Origin: an uncultured delta proteobacterium
GTDB lineage: Bacteria; Desulfobacterota; Binatia; UBA9968
Length of the DNA: 64,000 bases
NCBI GenBank assembly: GCA_963816145.1
Contig: CAWFJP010000017.1
Coordinates: 224,001-288,000 of the forward strand
Direction: 5' to 3'
In this document: piece by piece, positions 40,243 through 49,323 of the stretch
Layout of the letters: the number at the start of each line of letters is the position of its first letter
How positions within the stretch are numbered: the first letter of the stretch is position 1
Notes under the pieces: model-generated
What the model was told of the DNA's origin: nothing
The model's database searches: none
Seen by the model: only the letters and a program-made list of their open reading frames with translations
Program-made: the position numbers and the translations under genes

Positions 40243-43200
40243 ATGACAACTGAGAACCCAAAGTCTGCTCCACAATCATCGAACTGGCAAACTCCGAAAG
40301 ATGGATCGAAACGCCAGAAGGAGTCGCTGCAGGAGCTGTTACATCACGCGTGGTTCTATTCAGCTTTCTACCGGGAGCTTTGGGCTAATCATGGAATCAA
40401 AGAGAGCTCTCTGTCGGAACTGACACTCCGTGACTTACCTTTCGTTTCGAAGAAGCTCATGATGGATAACTTCGACGCAGTGGTGACCGATTCACGGCTG
40501 CGAAAACATGAAATAGAGGAGTGGATTCAGAATAATCCCGACCCGGCGGCCGATTACCGTGATGGGGTGATTGTTGTCCATAGTTCCGGTTCTTCGGGAG
40601 AGATGGGTATTTACCTCTATGATCGACGAGCTTGGTACTTCGCGAACGCTACCATTGCGAATCGTGTACCAACCATTACGAATTGTGCGTCAGATCGAAC
40701 AAGGGTCGCGATTTATCTCGCCTCCCACGGCCATTTTGCAGGTGTCTCGACGGCTGTGCGGATGCCGTCGCATATATACAACGTGCAGATTCATTCTGTG
40801 CTTCATGACACTGATCGCGTGGTGGAGCAACTTAACGCTTTTGGACCACATCGAATCGGTGGTTATTCAAGCAGCGTGGCGACCTTGGCGGAGTTGGCTC
40901 TTCAAGGGAGTCTTCAAATCCATCCAAAGACGATATTGGTCAGTGGTGACAAACTTACCGCTCAGATGGAGCAAAGTATTTGGGACGCGTGGAACCTGCC
41001 TGTTCACGTCCTGTACAGCGCGTCAGAATCCTTGTGCATAGCCGTCAAAACCCCAGGGACAGATGAGATGACCGTGTTGGATGAGCTGAATTCGCTCGAG
41101 GTCCTTGATCATCAAGATGAACCGGTTTTGCCCGGCACTGCGGGACGAGCAGTTCTGACGAATCTATATAACTACACGTTTCCAATAATTCGATATGAGC
41201 TAGGAGATTATTTGACTGTGGGGTCTACAAACGGAACTGCCGGTGTCACAAGCCTCCGAGATATCGAAGGCCGGCTCCGGGATGCGTTGCCTGTCGTTTT
41301 GGGGAATGGAAATTATGACACGATCCACCCCATCGCGTTGGCGGAATTTTTTGTACCGGGTCTTACGAGGATTCAATTTGTTTCGGTGCTCCCGGAATAC
41401 GTTCTAATAAACTATGTGGCGAGTAGTGATCTTAGCGGATTAATCCAAACGGAGTTTCAACGAATACTCCGAATTAAGGGCGCCACGCAAACCCGCTTCG
41501 AGGTTCACCGAAAAGAACATATTCCGAACGATCCGAAAACCGGAAAATTTGCGCTGGTTAAGATCGAACCTCCAAAAGCTGATGTAAAGTCTCTCGGAAA
41601 CCATTCTGAAACGGACTTGGTTACCTCGATGGCGCTGAATTCCTCGATGAACGTTGTCCTATCCAATCAAAACGAGATCGGGCCGTCGATCATCGACCGC
41701 TTTGAAATGCAGGTGGCAAAGTGTCCTGAGCGCATTGCCGTGAAGACGAAACGCATCCGCCTCACTTACACGGAATTGAATGAGGCGGCCAATCGTTTGG
41801 CACGAGCGATTGTTGGAAAGCGCGGCCAAGAGCAAGAGCCGATTGCGCTATTGCTAGAGAACGGCGCGCCAATCATGACGGCGATCTTCGGCGTGTTGAA
41901 GGCGGGTAAGCTCTACATGCCGCTGGACCCATCGTGTCCCCAAGCGCGGATCACGGCGATGCTGGAGGATTCTCAGGCACAACTGATCATTACCAACGCT
42001 CGCCATCACACTCTGGCCCATGAATCAGCGGGAAACGGCGTTCAGGTTATAAACATCGACGATCTCGATTCGAGCGTCTCCACTGAGAACTTACAACTTC
42101 CGCTTTCGGCGGATACGCTTGCCTGCATACTTTACACTTCTGGCTCGACCGGTGAACCGAAGGGTGTGGTCCACAGTCATCGTAATATTCTGCACAAAAC
42201 GATGGAGTACACCAGGGCGCTGCATTTTTGTATGGAGGACAAGATCGCGCTTATGAGCCCGTGCACTTTTAGTTTGTCGGTGGGCTTCATCTTCGGAGCT
42301 TTGCTAAACGGCGCATGTCTCTATCCAGTCGATGTCAGAGGGGAAGGACTTGTGCATCTCGCGGATTGGTTCCGCCAGGAAGAGGTTACCGTTTACAACT
42401 CGGTGCCGACGGTGTTTCGCAATTTCGCCGATACGCTACCGCGGCAAGAAAACCTCCCCAGATTGCGACTCATCCATCTCGGCGGAGAGCCGGTGACGGC
42501 TAAGGATGTGGCGCTGTATAAGAAACGTTTCGCCCCGGACTGTGTTCTGTTGCATCATGTGGGTTCCAATGAAACCGGCACGATCGCCCAATGTTTCATC
42601 GATAAGAAGACCCCGGTTCACGGCAATACCGCGCCTGCTGGCCAAGCGGCTCAGGATAGCAAAATCCTGGTGCTGGACGACGACGGTAAACCGCTGGGAT
42701 TTAACCGTGTTGGCGAGATCGCTGTGCGAAGCCGTTACCTCGCCGTGGGATATTGGCGCAGGCCGGAGCTTACACGTGCCGCTTTTCTGCCGGATCCCGC
42801 GGGAAGTGATGAGAGGATCTATCGCACGGGCGATTTGGGTCTTCTCCGACCTGATGGCTCGCTGGAACACTATGGCCGCAAAGACTTTCAGGTGAAGATC
42901 AGGGGCCAGAGAGTCGAAGTCATCGAGATCGATATGGCCCTAGCTAAGCATGGCGCAGTCAAAGAGGCTGTGACCGTGGCGCGCGAGGATGGACAGGGCG
43001 ATAAGTACCTGGTGGCCTATGTCGTTTCGTCTAGCGAGCCCGCGGTGACGAGTAAAGAGTTGCGGTTATTTCTGCAGCAGCGGTTGCCGGAGTACATGGT
43101 GCCTTCGTCAATTGTGTTCCTGGATGCTATGCCGCTCACGCCCAATGGAAAATTGGATCGCCAGGCCTTGCCGGCGCCGTCCATGGAGAGAGTCGATGAC

Positions 43201-43569
43201 GCGCCGGGGCGTGCTTTACCCAAAGACACGTTGGAACGTCGCTTGGCGGAGATCTGGGAAATGCTTTTGGGCGTTCACCCGGTGGGGATCCACGATAACT
43301 TTTTCGACATCGGTGGTCACTCGCTGTTGCTCATTAAATTGCACGGCGAATTACAAGCAGCATTCGGAGTCGATATCCCGATGATTCAGTTGTTCCGATC
43401 GCCCACTATCAGCGCCCAGGCTGAATACTTGAGTCAAGCGACAATCCCGCTTCCGCCGCAAAAAAGCAACGAGTCGTCCGCGCAAGAGCGCGCGGCGCAG
43501 CAAAGACAGCGGGGACTGCAAGCCTTGGCCCAACGGAGCGCTAGCACACGCGTCACGTCGAATAGCTGA
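40243..43569 (+). CDS. NRPS-like loading protein: PaaK/CapK-like ligase domain + adenylation domain + PCP
   Basis: N-terminal SAFYR..W, LPFVSK, HSSGSSG, YSASE, LTNL.N..FP.IRYELGD, GKF; then YTSGSTGEPKG, YRTGD, GRKDFQVKIRG, NGKLDR; PCP FFDIGGHSL. Confidence 0.88.
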   Translation: MTTENPKSAPQSSNWQTPKDGSKRQKESLQELLHHAWFYSAFYRELWANHGIKESSLSELTLRDLPFVSKKLMMDNFDAVVTDSRLRKHEIEEWIQNNPDPAADYRDGVIVVHSSGSSGEMGIYLYDRRAWYFANATIANRVPTITNCASDRTRVAIYLASHGHFAGVSTAVRMPSHIYNVQIHSVLHDTDRVVEQLNAFGPHRIGGYSSSVATLAELALQGSLQIHPKTILVSGDKLTAQMEQSIWDAWNLPVHVLYSASESLCIAVKTPGTDEMTVLDELNSLEVLDHQDEPVLPGTAGRAVLTNLYNYTFPIIRYELGDYLTVGSTNGTAGVTSLRDIEGRLRDALPVVLGNGNYDTIHPIALAEFFVPGLTRIQFVSVLPEYVLINYVASSDLSGLIQTEFQRILRIKGATQTRFEVHRKEHIPNDPKTGKFALVKIEPPKADVKSLGNHSETDLVTSMALNSSMNVVLSNQNEIGPSIIDRFEMQVAKCPERIAVKTKRIRLTYTELNEAANRLARAIVGKRGQEQEPIALLLENGAPIMTAIFGVLKAGKLYMPLDPSCPQARITAMLEDSQAQLIITNARHHTLAHESAGNGVQVINIDDLDSSVSTENLQLPLSADTLACILYTSGSTGEPKGVVHSHRNILHKTMEYTRALHFCMEDKIALMSPCTFSLSVGFIFGALLNGACLYPVDVRGEGLVHLADWFRQEEVTVYNSVPTVFRNFADTLPRQENLPRLRLIHLGGEPVTAKDVALYKKRFAPDCVLLHHVGSNETGTIAQCFIDKKTPVHGNTAPAGQAAQDSKILVLDDDGKPLGFNRVGEIAVRSRYLAVGYWRRPELTRAAFLPDPAGSDERIYRTGDLGLLRPDGSLEHYGRKDFQVKIRGQRVEVIEIDMALAKHGAVKEAVTVAREDGQGDKYLVAYVVSSSEPAVTSKELRLFLQQRLPEYMVPSSIVFLDAMPLTPNGKLDRQALPAPSMERVDDAPGRALPKDTLERRLAEIWEMLLGVHPVGIHDNFFDIGGHSLLLIKLHGELQAAFGVDIPMIQLFRSPTISAQAEYLSQATIPLPPQKSNESSAQERAAQQRQRGLQALAQRSASTRVTSNS

Positions 43570-43600
43570 TCAGGTTTCGTTTGGTGGGGTAACGAAAGAA

Positions 43601-46600
43601 ATGAGCGAATCAAATACTTTCCATAGTTCCTTCTCTTCCAACGGGATGGAAATCGCCATTATCGGCATGGCCGGCCGGTTTCCGGGTGCGCGGAATCTCG
43701 AGCAGTACTGGCGGAACCTGCGCGACGGAGTAGAGTCGGTGTCGTTTTTCTCTAATGAAGAGTTGATGGCTGCCGGTGTAGGCCGGGAATTGCTCGAGGA
43801 TCGCAACTATGTGAGGGCAGGTCTTGTTCTAGATGACGTGGATCTTTTCGATGCGCCGTTTTTTGGCTTGTCTCCGCGCGAGGCAACGATCCTGGATCCG
43901 CAGCAGCGCTTCTTCTTGGAATGCGCCTGGGAAGCACTGGAACAGGCGGGCTATAGTCCGGACAGCCTAGAAAGACTGACCGGGGTCTATGGCGGTGTAG
44001 GTCAGAACAACTACCTTCGAGTCAACCTGCTCGCAAACCGGCAAAATGGCGAGGGCTTTCAAGAGTACGAGTTAGGAATTGCCAATGAGAAGGATTTCCT
44101 GACGACGCGAGTGGCTTATAAACTGAATCTTCGCGGTCCGAGCGTGACGATTCAAACAGCCTGTTCTACTTCTCTGGTCGCCGTCCACCAAGCCTGTCAG
44201 AGTTTGCTGAGCTATCAGTGCGACATGGCGCTAGCGGGAGGCGTGTCGATTTCGCTGCCGCAGAGGCAGGGATATCTTTTCCAGTCGGGTTGGATCTCCT
44301 CGCCTGACGGCCATTGCCGCGCCTTTGACGCCAACGCTGCGGGCACCATCTTCGGGAGCGGCGCGGCGATCGTTGTGTTGAAACGATTGGCGGATGCTAT
44401 CACTGACGGTGACAGGATTTACGCGGTGATCAAAGGCTCAGCGATCAATAACGACGGTTCTCATAAGATCGGCTACACTGCGCCAAGCGGCGCCGGGCAG
44501 GCTGAGGTCATCGCTATGGCGCAGGCGATGGCCGAAGTGGCGCCGGCGACAGTGAGCTACATCGAGACGCATGGGACGGGAACACAACTGGGCGATCCGA
44601 TCGAGATCGAAGCACTGAACCAGGTTTTTCGCCAGAGCACCGAACGTAAAAGTTTCTGCGCCATCGGGTCGGTCAAAACCAATATTGGACACGTTGATGT
44701 CGCGGCTGGCATCGCGGGTTTGATTAAAACGGTTCTCGCGCTCAAGCATGAACAGTTGCCTCCAAGTCTGAATTATGAAAAGCCCAATCCTCAAATCGAT
44801 TTCGCCAATAGCCCGTTTTACGTAAACACGGAATTAAGGGATTGGAGGACCAATGGCCATCCGCGTCGTGCCGGCGTGAGCTCGTTTGGCGTCGGAGGCA
44901 CTAACGCCCATTTGGTTCTCGAAGAAGGTCCCTCCGAAGAGCCTTCGACCAAGTCGCGCCCCTGGCAGTTGTTATTGCTGTCCGCGCGGACCGAAACAGC
45001 CCTCGATGCTATGACCGTTAACTTAGCTAAGCATCTGTACGATCATCCCCACCTGAACCTTGCCGACGTCGGACATACATTGCAGGTTGGCCGCAAGGTT
45101 TTCACTCAGCGCCGCATGATTGTCTGTCGCGACGTGGCCGATGCCGTCGAGGTTCTGATGAGACGAGATTCGGAGCGCGTCTTTTCCGGGGCACACGAGC
45201 GTCACGACCGACCAGTGGCGTTCATGTTTACCGGGCAGGGTTCTCAGTACTCCGGCATGGCCCAAGGTCTCTATGAATCGGAACCGACCTTCCGCGCCCA
45301 GATCGATGCTTGCTGCGAACTTCTTAAGTCCCATTTGGGCCTGGATCTGCGCGAGGTGATTTATCCGAATGGGTTGAGGTTTGAGAGTCGAGAGGCGAGG
45401 CGCAAAGGACAAAAGACGGTCGACAATGGATCAGTTAACCAGACCTGGCTGACGCAGCCGGCACTGTTCGTCGTCGAATACGCGCTGGCAAAACTATGGA
45501 TCGAATGGGGAGTCGAGCCGCGAGCGATGATTGGTCACAGCATCGGCGAGTACGTCGCGGCCTGTCTGGCCGGCGTTTTTTCACTTGAAGACGCGCTGGC
45601 GCTGGTAGCTGCTCGCGGCCGGCTGATTCAGGAACTGCCGGGCGGCGCGATGCTGAGCGTTGCTCTGGACGAGAGACAGGTTCGTTCCCTGTTGGGCGCG
45701 CAGCTTTCTATCGCGGCCGTTAACGCACCATCGACATGCGTTGTCTCCGGTCCCACCGGCGACGTGGAAGCGCTGGAGAGGCGGCTCGCAGATCAGAGTA
45801 CGGCTTTTCAGCGTCTTCACACCTCGCACGGTTTTCACTCGGCGCTGATGGATCCAATACTGGAGACTTTCACACGCCTGGTCCAACAGATCAAGCTTCA
45901 TGGACCTACGATTCCTTTTGTTTCCAATGTCAGCGGAAGGTGGATCACAGCGGAGGAAGCGACCGACGCGAGTTATTGGGCACGCCATTTGCGGCAAACT
46001 GTGCGCTTCGGGGAGGGCGTGCGTGAGTTGATAAAAGGGCAAAATCTGGCGCTGCTCGAAGTTGGCCCCGGACAGACGCTGACTACCCTGGTGCGGCGTA
46101 ATATGGTGACTTCGCGCGAGCGCGCTCTCTCGTCGCTACGCCAGCCGCAGAGCAATAATTCGGACGTAGAGTTCATCTTGAAAACACTAGGCCGGCTTTG
46201 GCTGCTGGGCGTACCGGTCAAATGGAAAGGGTTCTATTCGCATGAACGCCGCCGCCGTATTCCGTTGCCGACCTATCCCTTTGAGCGCCAGCGCTACTGG
46301 GTGGAGCCGGAGAAATCTTCGGTCGAGAATAAAAAGCAACCGGATTTGGTAAGTAAAAAGCCTGACGTTGCGGATTGGTTTTATGTACCGGTGTGGAAGC
46401 AAGCCCCGCCATTAGGCGTGCCTAGAATCGGCGAGAGTTCCGCGCAGTCTCGATGGCTTGCTTTCGTCGACGCTGACGGGCTCGGTGATCGAATCGTGCA
46501 ACGGTTGCGCGAGCAAAATCAGCATGTCGTGACCGTGGTAGTTGGGAAAGAGTTCGTCAAAGAGGACGATCAGCGGTACGCTATTCGCTCAACAAGCGTC

Positions 46601-49309
46601 GACGATTACGAGGCTTTGTTTGCAGACCTGAACAGGCTGAGATTTTTCCCCGACAATATCATTCATCTGTGGACTTTCAATGCCCAGCCCCGGAACGGTT
46701 CGGTGTTCGATCGCCTTCAAAACTCTCAAGAGCGCGGTTTCTTCAGCCTGCTCCATCTTGCCCAAACTGTCGGTAGACAGAAATCGACGGAGCCGCTTCA
46801 ACTGTTGGTAGTGTCAAATGACTTGTTCGACGTGACCGGTGAGGAAAATCTGCGGCCCGAAAACGCAACTATTCTGGGGCCCTGTAAAACCATTCCGCTG
46901 GAATATTCGAATATTACTTGCCGAGTAATAGATCTCGACGGGTCGCAGATCCGCAGTTTCCACCAGCCTATCGGGTTTATTGATCGTGTCCTCGCGGAAG
47001 TTCGACCTGAGTCTTCAAACGCTCTGGTCGCTTACCGGGGCAATCATCGATGGGTTCAGTCTTTCGAAGCCTTAAGGCTCGCAGACCCGTTAAATGAACG
47101 ACCGCGTTTGAGAGACGGTGCCGTTTGTCTGATCACTGGAGGGTTGGGAGGAATCGGCCTTGCGTTGGCTGAATACTTGGCTCAAACCGCACACGTCAAG
47201 CTCGTTATGATCGGGCGCTCAAGCTTTCCCGATCGTAAAAATTGGGATCAGTGGCTCGCGAGTCATGGAGAAGGTGATCCCGTAAGCCTTAGAATCCGAA
47301 AACTGCGGTCGCTTGAGGCGCTGGGAGCCGAGGTCCTGGTCGTTACGGCGGATGTATCTGACTTAGAGCAAATGAAAACCGCAATCGAGCAGGCAAAGAA
47401 ACGCTTTGGTACGATTCACGGGGTGATCCACGCTGCAGGGATAGCCGGCGGAGGTGTAATTCAAACAAAAGATGTCGCCACGGCAGCCAAGGTTCTGTCG
47501 CCGAAGGTGAAAGGGACGTTGGTACTCGATGAATTGTTGAAAGATATCGCGCTGGATTTCTTTGTGCTTTGTTCGTCGGTGCTTGCACTGACGACCCGGG
47601 CCGGACAAGCAGATTATTGCGGCGCTAACGCATTCCTGGACGCATACGCCCATTACAAATCTTTAAACCATAACTCATTTACCGTTTCGATTAACTGGGT
47701 TGGCTGGCAAGAGGTGGGCATGGCTGTCGATGGCTCATTGACGAGCCAAGCTAGGGTGATTCATGCTGGCTCCATCGGCAGAGAAATCGATCATCCGCTT
47801 CTCGACCGCCTCATCTTTGAAACGCCGGATCGCCTCGTCTATCGCACCAATTTTCGCGTCGCGAAACATTGGGTTCTAAACGAGCATCGAATTTTGGGAA
47901 CTGCCGCGCTTCCTGGCACAGTGTTCCTGGAAATGGCGCGAGCCGCCTTTGGCGAATGCTTTGAGCGAGACAAAATCGAAATCAGGGACGTTGTCTTTTT
48001 AACACCGCTGACGGTAGGCGATGACGAACAAAAAGATGTTTTTACTGTCTTAGAACGAGATGGGGAGTCATGTGACTTCCGCATCATCAGCAAAACTTCG
48101 TCGATCGGTGCAGGAGAACTGGCGTGGCGCGAGCACGCGAGGGGTAAGATTGCCCGTTTGACACAGTCTAACGCTGCCATGGCGGTCACTCAAGAAGCTC
48201 TCAGAGGACTCTATGATAATGGAACACTCGGCCTCAACCAGAAAGAGCAATCAAACGTAAGCAAAACAGTCTATTGGGGGCCCCGATGGCAGTGCGCAAG
48301 AGCTTCGATCTTCGAGGGCAGCGAAGTTCTAGCTCGTCTCGAGTTACCGAAAGAGTTTAGTGCCGATTTGGAGAAGCTCCAACTTCATCCCGCGCTCTTG
48401 GATGTGGCCACTTCGTTGGGTGTCAGACATGCAAGTGACGAGCAATATTTGCCGTTGTCGTACGGGCGCTTGGAAGTGCACGGGCCTCTGTCCCGCATGC
48501 TTTACGTCAAGCTTGAGGATAACGGTTCTTCGGGTTTCGAGACACCCACATTCGATGCGCTGATCACGGATCAAGGGGGGAAGCTACTCGTTCGAGTCGA
48601 AGCTTTCTCATTGAAGCGCGTTAATACACCAAGCGCCTCGCGGAAACTGGGCCGGAACGGGGAAAGAGATCTACGGCCTGACCATGCCCGGCTGAGCGAG
48701 GCGGAAGCGCTTTTCTATGAAAGCCTGGTGGTTGAAAGACAACACCAAAATAAATTCGAGGGCATTCTTCCGCAAGAAGGAGTCGCGGCGTTTCACCGGA
48801 TCATGTCGCTCGAGAAAGTGCCGCAAATCGTCGTTTCGGTCACAGATCTTGCGCCTGTACTTAATCTCCCGGGGGCAGTTGTAGGTTCTTCCGTAGAGCT
48901 GGCGAGTCAGCAATCCTCACTTGGCACCGCGCATGTGCGTCCGAATCTGCAGAGCACATTTGCGGTAGCGCAAAGTGACTCGGAAAGGACTCTTGCAAGC
49001 ATTTGGCAGGAAGTTCTCGGTATCGAACGGGTTGGAGTCAACGACAATTTCTTCGAGCTCGGCGGTGATTCGGTGATAGCGATCCAGGTGATCACCAAGG
49101 CCAACAAAGCAGGGTTTCGCTTCGCCGCCAACGATATATTCCAGCACCAAACAGTTGCTGAGCTCGCGGCCATTGGCGTTTCCGGGCGCCATCAAGAAGC
49201 GATTAAGGATTCAAACGACAAGTCCAAGCCTTCGCGATCAGACGACTTTGGGTGGACCCAAGAGGAGAGGGATAGAATTCGCCGCGCTCTTACTAATTCT
49301 TTGGATTGA
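43601..49309 (+). CDS. Type I PKS module KS-AT-KR-DH-ACP
   Basis: KS TACSTS/HGTGT/NIGH; AT GHSIG with HGFH (malonyl-like); KR ITGGLGGIG...YCGAN; DH HPLL...HRILGTAALPG...LHPALLD; carrier LGGDSV. Confidence 0.93.
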   Translation: MSESNTFHSSFSSNGMEIAIIGMAGRFPGARNLEQYWRNLRDGVESVSFFSNEELMAAGVGRELLEDRNYVRAGLVLDDVDLFDAPFFGLSPREATILDPQQRFFLECAWEALEQAGYSPDSLERLTGVYGGVGQNNYLRVNLLANRQNGEGFQEYELGIANEKDFLTTRVAYKLNLRGPSVTIQTACSTSLVAVHQACQSLLSYQCDMALAGGVSISLPQRQGYLFQSGWISSPDGHCRAFDANAAGTIFGSGAAIVVLKRLADAITDGDRIYAVIKGSAINNDGSHKIGYTAPSGAGQAEVIAMAQAMAEVAPATVSYIETHGTGTQLGDPIEIEALNQVFRQSTERKSFCAIGSVKTNIGHVDVAAGIAGLIKTVLALKHEQLPPSLNYEKPNPQIDFANSPFYVNTELRDWRTNGHPRRAGVSSFGVGGTNAHLVLEEGPSEEPSTKSRPWQLLLLSARTETALDAMTVNLAKHLYDHPHLNLADVGHTLQVGRKVFTQRRMIVCRDVADAVEVLMRRDSERVFSGAHERHDRPVAFMFTGQGSQYSGMAQGLYESEPTFRAQIDACCELLKSHLGLDLREVIYPNGLRFESREARRKGQKTVDNGSVNQTWLTQPALFVVEYALAKLWIEWGVEPRAMIGHSIGEYVAACLAGVFSLEDALALVAARGRLIQELPGGAMLSVALDERQVRSLLGAQLSIAAVNAPSTCVVSGPTGDVEALERRLADQSTAFQRLHTSHGFHSALMDPILETFTRLVQQIKLHGPTIPFVSNVSGRWITAEEATDASYWARHLRQTVRFGEGVRELIKGQNLALLEVGPGQTLTTLVRRNMVTSRERALSSLRQPQSNNSDVEFILKTLGRLWLLGVPVKWKGFYSHERRRRIPLPTYPFERQRYWVEPEKSSVENKKQPDLVSKKPDVADWFYVPVWKQAPPLGVPRIGESSAQSRWLAFVDADGLGDRIVQRLREQNQHVVTVVVGKEFVKEDDQRYAIRSTSVDDYEALFADLNRLRFFPDNIIHLWTFNAQPRNGSVFDRLQNSQERGFFSLLHLAQTVGRQKSTEPLQLLVVSNDLFDVTGEENLRPENATILGPCKTIPLEYSNITCRVIDLDGSQIRSFHQPIGFIDRVLAEVRPESSNALVAYRGNHRWVQSFEALRLADPLNERPRLRDGAVCLITGGLGGIGLALAEYLAQTAHVKLVMIGRSSFPDRKNWDQWLASHGEGDPVSLRIRKLRSLEALGAEVLVVTADVSDLEQMKTAIEQAKKRFGTIHGVIHAAGIAGGGVIQTKDVATAAKVLSPKVKGTLVLDELLKDIALDFFVLCSSVLALTTRAGQADYCGANAFLDAYAHYKSLNHNSFTVSINWVGWQEVGMAVDGSLTSQARVIHAGSIGREIDHPLLDRLIFETPDRLVYRTNFRVAKHWVLNEHRILGTAALPGTVFLEMARAAFGECFERDKIEIRDVVFLTPLTVGDDEQKDVFTVLERDGESCDFRIISKTSSIGAGELAWREHARGKIARLTQSNAAMAVTQEALRGLYDNGTLGLNQKEQSNVSKTVYWGPRWQCARASIFEGSEVLARLELPKEFSADLEKLQLHPALLDVATSLGVRHASDEQYLPLSYGRLEVHGPLSRMLYVKLEDNGSSGFETPTFDALITDQGGKLLVRVEAFSLKRVNTPSASRKLGRNGERDLRPDHARLSEAEALFYESLVVERQHQNKFEGILPQEGVAAFHRIMSLEKVPQIVVSVTDLAPVLNLPGAVVGSSVELASQQSSLGTAHVRPNLQSTFAVAQSDSERTLASIWQEVLGIERVGVNDNFFELGGDSVIAIQVITKANKAGFRFAANDIFQHQTVAELAAIGVSGRHQEAIKDSNDKSKPSRSDDFGWTQEERDRIRRALTNSLD

Positions 49310-49323
49310 TTTTTGACGAATTT

